Source of the DNA: an uncultured Desulfobacteraceae bacterium
GTDB lineage: Bacteria; Desulfobacterota; DSM-4660; Desulfatiglandales; Desulfatiglandaceae
Direction: 5' to 3'
NCBI GenBank assembly: GCA_964633015.1
Contig: CAZWEV010000011.1
Span: 6,727-70,726 of the forward strand
Length of the DNA stretch: 64,000 nt
Shown: positions 1-7,901 of the stretch, one piece after another
How positions within the stretch are numbered: position 1 is the stretch's first letter
How the letters are laid out: each line of letters starts with the position of its first letter
Program-made: the position numbers and the translations under genes
Notes under the pieces: model-generated
Told to the model about the DNA's origin: nothing
Database searches by the model: none
Seen by the model: only the letters and a program-made list of their open reading frames with translations

Positions 1-494
1 ACAAATCCCCCGATGATAGTGATTGAAGATTTCATGTCATGGGCAAACATGGAGATGAGATTGTCTTTTTCTCGTTCCATGGCTTTAAGTCGGGAAATGT
101 CATGAAACGCCTCCACCCCGCCAATAAGGCTTCCCTCGTCATCAAATAAGCCCGCAGTATTCATTCCGACGTGTAGGAGTCCCCCCTCCTTATTGCAAAC
201 AGTTGTTTCGACGTGAGATACGGGTTGTTCGTGTTTCAGCACTCCCTTGAGAGGACAACTGAACTCGCACATTGCTCCTTTCAACAGGTCTCCACAAAAA
301 TGACCTATCGCCTCCTCTTGTGAATACCCGGTGATTTCTTCGGCACGGGGATTAAACCCCGTTATCTCAAAAGCCGCATTTACCGTCAAAACAGCGACCG
401 GAAGACTGTCAATAATAAATTTGAAGAAAGCCAAGTCGTACTCCTCTTTCCCGCCTGCTGCCCTGCCATCTGCCTTCTTGTCAATATCGACCAT
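1..494 (-). CDS. PAS-domain sensor histidine kinase, N-terminal part (gene continues past the left edge)
   Basis: Absent from the ORF track because there is no in-window stop. My translation of the minus strand from ATG 494-492 gives MVDIDKKADGRAAGGKEEYDLAFFKFIIDSLPVAVLTVNAAFEITGFNPRAEEITGYSQEEAIGHFCGDLL...EAFHDISRLKAMEREKDNLISMFAHDMKSSITIIGGF. This is a PAS fold followed by a HisKA H-box (FAHDMKSS). Confidence 0.75.
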   Translation of the reverse strand, partial: MVDIDKKADGRAAGGKEEYDLAFFKFIIDSLPVAVLTVNAAFEITGFNPRAEEITGYSQEEAIGHFCGDLLKGAMCEFSCPLKGVLKHEQPVSHVETTVCNKEGGLLHVGMNTAGLFDDEGSLIGGVEAFHDISRLKAMEREKDNLISMFAHDMKSSITIIGGF

Positions 495-1075
495 ACAATC
501 TCCTTTTGCCCAGTCAGACTGCTGCGTTAGAACCTCGTCAGAAGCATACGAACTTTATTATAGTCCTGTCCCCTTTCACGTAAATGACGTTTCCACTGTA
601 TTTCTGTTTCTGTATGCCTGTATTTGTACCTGAAGAAATTGCATTGGAGAGCCGCGAAAAGGTATCGAACAAGGCACTCCTCAATTATCATTCCAAAAAT
701 ACATGATTTCCCTTATTTACCGGTTATACCTTGTTTATCTATCATGTTTTGACAAAGATCATGTCAAGCAGGAAGGAAGAAAAAAGCGGGACGGCCGGAC
801 TTTGCCGCACCATACGCAGGTGCACACTAGTGTTTTTTTCCTGGCCCATGATCAATAGAGGCCATGATATCATCTGGTGGAGCATGGCTGTTTTTTCAAA
901 TCAAAACGTTAAAGAATCACGGAAAACTGAATTTTGTGGAGATATCCAACCCAAAATTTCCGATAAATCTGCAAAAAATACTTGACACAATTTTTCCCAT
1001 GAGCAATAGTGCAAGGTCAAAAGATTGAAATTAATGGGTATTATTGCTGAAAGCACCAGACGAGGAGGACGAAAC

Positions 1076-1375
1076 GTGGCCCTGACGAAGGAAAAGATTA
1101 TCAGCAACATTTATCATCAGGTTGGACTCAGCAAGAATCGTTCCAGGCTTGTCGTCGAGACGCTTTTTGAGATCATCAAACAAACGCTGGAACAGGGAGA
1201 AGACCTCCTGGTCAGTGGTTTTGGCAAATTCGTGGTGAAGGAAAAATCAGCCCGCAGAGGGAGGAACCCCCAGACAACACAGGATCTCCAGCTGAGGGCC
1301 AGGAGAGTGGTGGTCTTTAAAACCTCCGGAGTATTGAGGAACAGAATCAACCAGGGCACTAAAGACTTACAATAA
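1076..1375 (+). CDS. ihfA: integration host factor alpha subunit (HU/IHF family)
   Basis: ORF 1025..1375. [12 protein letters not shown]...[37 protein letters not shown] fits the IHF-alpha pattern (GFGxF, RxGRNPxT, ARRVVxF). Start moved to GTG 1076, preceded by GAGGAGGA at 1062-1069; ATG 1025 is the alternative. Confidence 0.85.
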   Translation: MALTKEKIISNIYHQVGLSKNRSRLVVETLFEIIKQTLEQGEDLLVSGFGKFVVKEKSARRGRNPQTTQDLQLRARRVVVFKTSGVLRNRINQGTKDLQ

Positions 1376-2153
1376 AAGCCTCCTCAAACCCCATATCCTC
1401 CAACTTTTTTTCTATCATGCCTGCCTGCTTCAAGGTTGTGGACCTCGATACCCTCAATCGGTAAAGAGGGACCCCTTCAGGTGTTTCAAAAACAGTGATA
1501 TTCACATACTGAAATAACACTTTCAGGCGCTTTGCCAGCCTCAGCACATTCTCTTTTTCACGAAACGCCCCCACCTGCACCGTAAAATTTCCCTTTTCAA
1601 GGTCTGCCGCTTCAACTACCGGCTCTTTCCCGGACTTGGAATCATATTCTCCCACCTGTCTCCCAAGGGCCTCGATCCGCACCTTCGCAACGCCCGGCCC
1701 GACCAACCCGATATTCTTTGCCGCGGCATAGGAAAGATCAATGATCCTTCCTTTGATAAAGGGTCCCCGGTCATTTATTCTTACGATCGTCTGCTTTCCG
1801 TTTTCCAGGTTCAGAACCCGCACATACGTTCCGAGCGGCAATGTCTTGTGTGCAGCAGTCTTTTGATACATGTTATACCGAATTCCGCTGGCCGTCGGCC
1901 TTCCGTGAAAATCCCTGCCATACCATGAAGCTTTCCCGGTCTGCACAAAACCATGGGAATGAGGAAGCGGATAATACCGCTCTCCATTGACAACATACGG
2001 TTTGAAACCCCGCCCTTCTTTTTTCGGAGATATGACAACTGTTTTTTCCCCGGGCGGCGGCGCCAATACCACATGGCTCCCTGGTCTGGCGCAGGACGAA
2101 ACAACAAAGAGCATGAGTAGAAAGAGAGGGAACAAAAATTTATTCACGAGCAT
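1359..2153 (-). CDS. rlpA: septal ring lytic transglycosylase RlpA (DPBB domain plus C-terminal SPOR domain), lipoprotein
   Basis: ORF 1359..2186. Lipobox LFVVSSC; [16 protein letters not shown]...RINDRGPF matches the RlpA double-psi beta-barrel; the C-terminal FTVQVGAF...YRLRV is SPOR-like. Start taken at ATG 2153 ([10 protein letters not shown] signal peptide); ATG 2186 is the alternative. Confidence 0.85.
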   Translation of the reverse strand: MLVNKFLFPLFLLMLFVVSSCARPGSHVVLAPPPGEKTVVISPKKEGRGFKPYVVNGERYYPLPHSHGFVQTGKASWYGRDFHGRPTASGIRYNMYQKTAAHKTLPLGTYVRVLNLENGKQTIVRINDRGPFIKGRIIDLSYAAAKNIGLVGPGVAKVRIEALGRQVGEYDSKSGKEPVVEAADLEKGNFTVQVGAFREKENVLRLAKRLKVLFQYVNITVFETPEGVPLYRLRVSRSTTLKQAGMIEKKLEDMGFEEAFIVSL

Positions 2154-2344
2154 TCTTCCCGTCAGGTCCGGACCATGAGAAAACATCAGTCATCAATTTC
2201 ATCAGCACTATTCCTTGCATCCCGGGAGTTTGTGCATGGTGGGAAAAAGTCATCTCCACCGTTTGCGTCGCGACCCCCATATTTGTGATAATAGTAACAG
2301 AGACGCCATTTTTTTCAACCCTATTTCTCTCATTTCGTTTTTGC

Positions 2345-2373
2345 TTGACACTCTTGTGAAATTTTTCTAAAGT
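2345..2373 (+). promoter_or_regulatory. putative sigma70-type promoter upstream of the SDR/had/oah/dch cluster
   Basis: TTGACA (2345-2350), 17-nt spacer, TAAAGT (2368-2373), about 100 nt upstream of ATG 2472. An imperfect TCACAACATAA...TTATAATGTGA inverted repeat follows. Confidence 0.4.
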
Positions 2374-2471
2374 TCACAACATAATTATATTGTAGTTATA
2401 ATGTGATCACTGTTTTCACGTACTTTTTGGAAAAAAGCATCATTTCGAACCATTGGAGGAGCGGGGATACC

Positions 2472-3224
2472 ATGAAGTTAGCAGATAAAATCGCTGTGGT
2501 GACGGGAAGCAGTCGGGGGGTTGGAAGGGCGGTCGCTCTTGGCTTCGCCGCTGAGGGCGCCAATGTGGTCATCAATTATACATCCAACCGAAACGCGGCA
2601 GATGAAGTGGTTGGTATCATTACGGCTATGGGCCGTCAAGCAGTCGCCGTCAAGGCCGATGTGGCGAAAAAGGATGACGTCGAACAGCTTTTTGGAAAAA
2701 CGCTGGATGCTTTCGGCAAAATAGACATTCTGGTCAATAATGCAGGCTTCACCCGTCCCGCTCTGATGCTCAAAATGACGGAAGAGCAATGGGATCAGGT
2801 AGTTGATATCCACATGAAAGGGGCATTTCTCTGTTCTCAGGCTGCCGGGAAGTCCATGAAGGAACAGCAGGCGGGAAAGATTATCAACGTTACCTCGGTC
2901 GCAGGCCTTGTGGGGACGGTCGGCCAGATCAACTACAGTGCTGCCAAAGGGGGCATTATCAGCATGACCAAGTCCATGGCCAGAGAACTTGCCCGATACA
3001 ACGTGTGCGTCAATGTAATTTCACTCGGTATCGTTGCAACCGACATGACCGAGAAGATCCGCACCGATGAAAAACTCAAGGAAATTTATATGAACAGGAT
3101 CCTCCTCAAACGCTTTGCAGAACCGGGAGACATCTCCCCGGCCTTTGTCTTTTTGGCCTCGGACGACAGCAACTATATTACCGGCCAGCTCCTTTGTGTA
3201 GATGGGGGCTACGGCATGATCTGA
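2472..3224 (+). CDS. short-chain dehydrogenase/reductase, 3-oxoacyl-ACP reductase-like
   Basis: ORF 2403..3224. Carries TGSSRGVGRA (TGxxxGxG), NNAG and YSAAK motifs. Start set at ATG 2472 after GGAGGAGCGGGG. Confidence 0.85.
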   Translation: MKLADKIAVVTGSSRGVGRAVALGFAAEGANVVINYTSNRNAADEVVGIITAMGRQAVAVKADVAKKDDVEQLFGKTLDAFGKIDILVNNAGFTRPALMLKMTEEQWDQVVDIHMKGAFLCSQAAGKSMKEQQAGKIINVTSVAGLVGTVGQINYSAAKGGIISMTKSMARELARYNVCVNVISLGIVATDMTEKIRTDEKLKEIYMNRILLKRFAEPGDISPAFVFLASDDSNYITGQLLCVDGGYGMI

Positions 3225-3296
3225 GAATTCTGAGCACGATCGGGTCGTTGGCAACTCGATCACTCAACCACAAAAAATCAACAAGGAGGTAAAAAG

Positions 3297-4406
3297 ATGG
3301 CGACAATACCGGATAAAATCCTGACATGGCAAATGGTTCAGCCCACTTTGCGGGACAGGGAAACAGGTGAAGTAACGCCGGGGAAAATTGAGAAAACAGA
3401 CATTCCTGTGCCGGAACTGGGACCAGGAGAGGTCCTGGTGGAAGTGGCGGGGTGCGGGGTCTGTCACACAGACCTCGGGTACTATTATGACGGAGTCCCA
3501 ACTGTTTCCAAGCCCCCTTTGACATTGGGACATGAGATTGCCGGTACCGTTGTGGCCGGGGATGAGGCCTGGATCGGGAAAGAGGTCATAATCCCGGCGG
3601 TAATGCCTTGCCGCCAATGCATTCTCTGCAAGACAGGCCGGGGAAACCGGTGCCTGAACCAGAAAATGCCGGGAAACAGCCTGGGACTGTACGGCGGATT
3701 TTCCAGCCATATTCCCGTCCCCAGCATCGATCTTTGCGAAGTCAAGGACAGGGGAGAATTCCCTCTTTCTCACCTGGCAGTAGTAGCTGACGCCGGCACC
3801 ACTCCTTACCAGGCTGCCAAACGAGCCGACCTGCAGCCCGGTGACAACGTCGTGGTCATTGGAATCACCGGCGGCGTCGGCCAGTATATGGGCCAGATAG
3901 CCAAAGCTCTCGGAGCAAAGACGGTGGTGGGTATTGCTCGTAACAAGGAAAAACTTGACAGGGCCCTGAAATACGGTGCGGATCTTGTAATTAACTCCAC
4001 GGATAAAGACGCGAGGGCCATCTCGAAAGAATTCAGGGGCCTCTGCAAAGAGAACGGCCTCCCCACCTTTGGATGGAAAATCTTTGAGATAACAGGAGTC
4101 AAGGCCGGCCAGGAAATCGGCCTGGCTCTTCTTGGTTTCGTGGGGAAACTGATTGTTGTAGGGTTCGGCTTGGCTAAGACGGAATACGGGATCGGCCGGC
4201 TCATGGCTTTTGACGCCGAAATCATCGGTACCTGGGGATGTCTTCCCGAATATTATCCCATTGTCATGGATATGGTCCTGAACAAGAAGATCGATATCGG
4301 ACCGTTTGTGGAGACAAGACCCATGAGTTCCATTGTAGAAACCTTTGAAGAAGTGCATAAGGCCGGTTCTCCCGCCAAGCGAATCGTCTTGACGCCTGAT
4401 TTCTAA
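3297..4406 (+). CDS. had: 6-hydroxycyclohex-1-ene-1-carbonyl-CoA dehydrogenase (Zn-dependent alcohol dehydrogenase family)
   Basis: 369 aa with Zn-ADH motifs GCGVCHTDL and GHEIAGTV and a GGVG nucleotide fold. GGAGG lies 7 nt upstream of the ATG. It sits immediately upstream of the oah-type hydrolase; its size matches Had/BamQ. Confidence 0.75.
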   Translation: MATIPDKILTWQMVQPTLRDRETGEVTPGKIEKTDIPVPELGPGEVLVEVAGCGVCHTDLGYYYDGVPTVSKPPLTLGHEIAGTVVAGDEAWIGKEVIIPAVMPCRQCILCKTGRGNRCLNQKMPGNSLGLYGGFSSHIPVPSIDLCEVKDRGEFPLSHLAVVADAGTTPYQAAKRADLQPGDNVVVIGITGGVGQYMGQIAKALGAKTVVGIARNKEKLDRALKYGADLVINSTDKDARAISKEFRGLCKENGLPTFGWKIFEITGVKAGQEIGLALLGFVGKLIVVGFGLAKTEYGIGRLMAFDAEIIGTWGCLPEYYPIVMDMVLNKKIDIGPFVETRPMSSIVETFEEVHKAGSPAKRIVLTPDF

Positions 4407-4501
4407 CGGATTGCCTCAGAAATGTACCTGCAGAGGAAAATAAACAGGGAATATTAACCGCCATTGGCGAAATAACACTAAACAAGAAGGAGGAAAAAAT
4501 C

Positions 4502-5638
4502 ATGAGTTTGGAATGGATGCCGAGAGATAATGGAAAAAAAGATCATTCCCTGCATGCCGATGTTCATTGGGGAACCGAGCCGCCTTGCGTGGTCTATGAA
4601 AAGAGACCTCTGACAGATCCGCAAGGCAACGTGGTGGATGGTCTTTACGTGGCCTGGATCCGCCTCAATAATCCAAAACAGTATAACTCTTACACCACTG
4701 AAATGGTAAAAGGGGTCATCGCAGGGTTCGACAATGCTTCCCTTGACAGAAGCGTGGTCGCAACCGTGTTCACCGGAACGGGACCATACTCCTTCTGCAC
4801 CGGTGGAAATACAAAGGAATACAGCGAGTATTACAGCCTCAGAAGTGATGAGTACGGCCAGTACATGGAGCTGTTCAACGGCATGGTTGATGCCATTCTT
4901 CGGTGCAAGAAGCCCACAATTTGCCGCGTCAACGGAATGAGAGTCGCTGGGGGCCAGGAAATCGGCATGGCCTGCGACCTTGCCATTGCATCTGACCTTG
5001 CAATCTTCGGGCAGGCCGGCCCCAGGCATGGTTCCGCCCCCGTCGGAGGATCCTCAGACTTCCTGCCCTGGTACCTCAGTATCGAGGATGCCATGTGGAA
5101 CTGCGTCTCCTGCGAGATGTGGTCTGCCTATAAAATGAAGGCAAAGAACCTTATCAGCAAAGTAGCGCCGGTGCTGAAGGTGGATGGCAAATGGGTACGG
5201 AACCCCATGATTGTTACCGATAAATGGGTTGAGGACGGCGAGATCGTTTACGGTGAAAATAAGAAGGGTGATGAGTTCAAGGAAGCACGCGCATTTGTAA
5301 AAGAACATCAGCCAAACGCCGATTTTGAACTGCTTGACAAAGAAGTGCAAAAAGTAGTGTGGACATTTGCCAATCTCTTTCCCGGCTGCCTCATAGAATC
5401 CATTGATTCCGTACGGCAGAAAAAGAAATTCTTCTGGGATACTTCGAAAAATTCTCATCGCCATTGGCTGGCCGCCAACATGGGCGGTGAAGCGTTCCTC
5501 GGCTTCGGCGCATTCAATACCAAAAGGATCACCGGCAAGGATACCGTTGATTTCCTGAAATTCCGCCAGAACATCGCCGAATGCAAGACCTGGGATATGG
5601 AGATGTTTGCAGAAGTGATGGGCAAACCCCAGGAATAG
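4502..5638 (+). CDS. oah: 6-oxocyclohex-1-ene-1-carbonyl-CoA hydrolase (ring-cleaving crotonase; BamA/Oah)
   Basis: 378 aa with a crotonase core (FCTGGN, RVAGGQEIGMACDLAIAS) and the long C-terminal extension typical of Oah/BamA. Flanked by had-like and dch-like genes. Confidence 0.82.
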   Translation: MSLEWMPRDNGKKDHSLHADVHWGTEPPCVVYEKRPLTDPQGNVVDGLYVAWIRLNNPKQYNSYTTEMVKGVIAGFDNASLDRSVVATVFTGTGPYSFCTGGNTKEYSEYYSLRSDEYGQYMELFNGMVDAILRCKKPTICRVNGMRVAGGQEIGMACDLAIASDLAIFGQAGPRHGSAPVGGSSDFLPWYLSIEDAMWNCVSCEMWSAYKMKAKNLISKVAPVLKVDGKWVRNPMIVTDKWVEDGEIVYGENKKGDEFKEARAFVKEHQPNADFELLDKEVQKVVWTFANLFPGCLIESIDSVRQKKKFFWDTSKNSHRHWLAANMGGEAFLGFGAFNTKRITGKDTVDFLKFRQNIAECKTWDMEMFAEVMGKPQE

Positions 5639-5665
5639 TCATCTGGTGCCTATCCACAAAAAGTC

Positions 5666-5711
5666 ATGGCAGGCCGGGATCCTTTACCACTCGGCCTGCC
5701 ATTTTTCTTTC
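5666..5711 (+). terminator. intrinsic terminator between oah and dch
   Basis: Perfect 11-bp stem ATGGCAGGCCG (5666-5676) / CGGCCTGCCAT (5692-5702), followed by TTTTCTTTC. Confidence 0.65.
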
Positions 5712-5742
5712 TATTTCCCCTGACAGGAAAGGAGCATGAAAC

Positions 5743-6510
5743 ATGGGCTATGAACATATTGAAACCCGATTCGAAGAAGGACTCGGCACCATTACCCTCA
5801 ACAAGCCGCCGGTCAATGTCCTCAACATCGCCATGATGGAGGAAATCAACCACCGCCTTGAGTCCTGGCAACAAGAGAAGGATCTTAAAGTGGTGCTTTT
5901 CAATGCAAAGGGAAAATGCTTTTCCGCCGGCGTGGATGTAGGGGAGCATATGGGAGACCTTGCCCCTAAGATGATTGGGTCCTTTCATCGAATGTTCCGA
6001 CTTATGGACACGCTCGGAGTCATGACCGTCGCATCTATTTACTCATCCTGTCTCGGAGGAGGATGCGAACTGGCCGTTTTCTGTGACCTGGTAATCGCCG
6101 CGGAAAACAGCAAGATCGGGCAGCCCGAAATCCAGGTAGGGGTCTTCCCGCCGATTGCCGCATATATTATGCCCCGGATTATGGGTCGAAAAGACGCCCT
6201 GGACCTTATTCTCTCTGGCAGGATCATATCGGCCGGAGAGGCACGCCAGATGGGATTGATTAACAAGGTTGTTCCGGACCAGGAACTGGAATCTGAAACA
6301 GCGCTGTTTATAAGGCCCTACCTGAAGCTCAGCGCAGAGGTTCTCCGGAAAACAAAGAAGGCCATTACCGCCGGGTTGCGGGATGATCTTGAGCCCGCCC
6401 TCACCGCAATCGAGGAAATCTATCTTAATGAGCTCATGAAAACAGCTGATGCTCAGGAAGGCCTGAAAGCCTTCCTGGAAAAGAGAAAACCGGTCTGGAA
6501 GAATGAATGA
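5743..6510 (+). CDS. dch: cyclohexa-1,5-diene-1-carbonyl-CoA hydratase (enoyl-CoA hydratase family; Dch/BamR)
   Basis: 255-aa crotonase (FSAGVDV, GGGCELAVFCDL). Adjacent to oah and had, as in known benzoyl-CoA lower-pathway clusters. Confidence 0.7.
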   Translation: MGYEHIETRFEEGLGTITLNKPPVNVLNIAMMEEINHRLESWQQEKDLKVVLFNAKGKCFSAGVDVGEHMGDLAPKMIGSFHRMFRLMDTLGVMTVASIYSSCLGGGCELAVFCDLVIAAENSKIGQPEIQVGVFPPIAAYIMPRIMGRKDALDLILSGRIISAGEARQMGLINKVVPDQELESETALFIRPYLKLSAEVLRKTKKAITAGLRDDLEPALTAIEEIYLNELMKTADAQEGLKAFLEKRKPVWKNE

Positions 6511-6834
6511 CGTTGCCAAGAAACGCTCCCGAAGCAGGGCAGCGCCATATTCCCTCTGCTTCGTTCGCTCCGCCGTCCATGGCTCCGCTTACTGCGGATG
6601 TCGGCCTTTCCGCTGTCCTGCTCCAAGGCCGACAAGCGCCGCTTCGGAAACATCCCACTTCCCTGCGTCGGGCACAACAGCTCAGGACATTCACTCCCCT
6701 TCCCCTGAAAAATGTCCTTTTTTCTCCTCAAGGCTCTTGGAATTGTGAAAGAGCGACTTATATTATTTTGACGGCGCAAGAGGAATGCTATGAGCAACGA
6801 CAGCCGACAATTTCACCGGGGAGACTGAAACTGC

Positions 6835-7653
6835 ATGGGTTCACGGGATTATTACGAAATACTCAATGTTCATAAGGAAGCGGTGCAGGACGAAATCCGT
6901 GAAGCCTACCGGAAGCTGGCTTTGCAATATCACCCTGACCGGAATCATGACGATCCTGCCGCCACTTCCCGAATGAAAGAGATAAACGAGGCATATGCCG
7001 TTCTCTCTGATCCTGAAAAGCGGAAACAATACGACGGGCTGTGGAGCACCTACGGTCCTTCGGCCTCTGATCATTTCAGAAACGCCTATTCTGAACAGGA
7101 CATATTCAGAGGTTCCGACATCCAGGAAATTCTGGATCAACTCAGCAGGGCATTCGGTTACCGCGGCTTCGATGACATTTTCCATGAAGCCTACGGTCCC
7201 GGATACCGCTCCTTCGAATTTCGAAGGCCGGGATCTTTCGGGCGGGTATTCGTCTCGTCATCCGAGAACGGTCAGGACCGCCGGAAACAATCCTCCCTGC
7301 AGGGGATGCTTGGCAGGCTCGTCAAATATGGCCTTAAAAAGAAGTGGGGCATAGAAATCCCTGAAAGAGGAAGAGATCTCCACGACATTATCACCATTTC
7401 CCCGGGACTCGTAATCCAGGGCGGGAAAGTCAGGTACGTGAACAGAAGTGAACAAAGAGAGCTGATCGTCACTATTCCGCCCGGAATACGGCCGGGCCAG
7501 CACGTCCGCTTGAAAGGATTGGGGAATGAAGGAAGGGGAGGAGGAGAACCGGGAGACCTTTTCCTGCGCATCCGCGTGAGATCAGCGTTTTTCCAGAAAA
7601 TAAGGGATTTCGTGGATCAACTCCTGGCTTATCTGTCAATCAAGACTCATTAA
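6835..7653 (+). CDS. J-domain protein with a DnaJ C-terminal-like domain
   Basis: DYYEILNV...YRKLALQYHPDRN (HPD motif). The C-terminal GEPGDLFLRIRV is DnaJ_C-like. There is no Zn-finger repeat, so it is not canonical DnaJ. Confidence 0.8.
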   Translation: MGSRDYYEILNVHKEAVQDEIREAYRKLALQYHPDRNHDDPAATSRMKEINEAYAVLSDPEKRKQYDGLWSTYGPSASDHFRNAYSEQDIFRGSDIQEILDQLSRAFGYRGFDDIFHEAYGPGYRSFEFRRPGSFGRVFVSSSENGQDRRKQSSLQGMLGRLVKYGLKKKWGIEIPERGRDLHDIITISPGLVIQGGKVRYVNRSEQRELIVTIPPGIRPGQHVRLKGLGNEGRGGGEPGDLFLRIRVRSAFFQKIRDFVDQLLAYLSIKTH

Positions 7654-7901
7654 CCCTGATCCACCATCAAGGTGTCTGTCGTCTGCTGCGTTGCCTTCGA
7701 TCACTCCTCCTTGCGACGTATTGGTCATACGACTCAGTCGTCGCTCCTCCCGCACACAACACGGGATCTACGATGCGGCGCTCCCGCTCAAAGTCCGGGA
7801 TCTTCGACTTGCATCTGACACCTTGCTGATGATCAGGACTTTTGCCAAATCAACCCATAAGATTACCATTCGGAATTTAGACGGTGGATTTGGGATTGAC
7901 A
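7654..7901 (-). repeat. structured intergenic repeat, copy 1 (reverse orientation relative to copies 2 and 3)
   Basis: 7691-7864 aligns gap-free to the reverse complement of 40761-40934 with 158/174 identities (hand alignment). Closing helix is 7655-7676 with 7817-7837. Confidence 0.75.

Noticed and set aside
331-633. A 100-aa plus-strand ORF at the left end.
   Set aside because: Most of it is antisense to the PAS kinase N-terminus identified on the minus strand. It has no RBS.
2403-2471. An N-terminal extension of the SDR (MITVFTYFLEKSIISNHWRSGDT).
   Set aside because: The Rossmann fold begins right after ATG 2472, which has an upstream GGAGGAG. The extension lies in the AT-rich promoter region.
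3264-4358. A 364-aa minus-strand ORF.
   Set aside because: This is a shadow ORF antisense to the had gene, which has clear Zn-ADH motifs. Its composition is Gly/Pro/Arg-rich, typical of antisense frames.
7654-7901. The repeat copies as template/variable repeats of a diversity-generating retroelement, since one copy overlaps a gene 3' end.
   Set aside because: Substitutions between copies are not adenine-specific (A, T, C and G positions all differ). The copies lie mostly in non-coding DNA, and no reverse transcriptase gene is present in the window.
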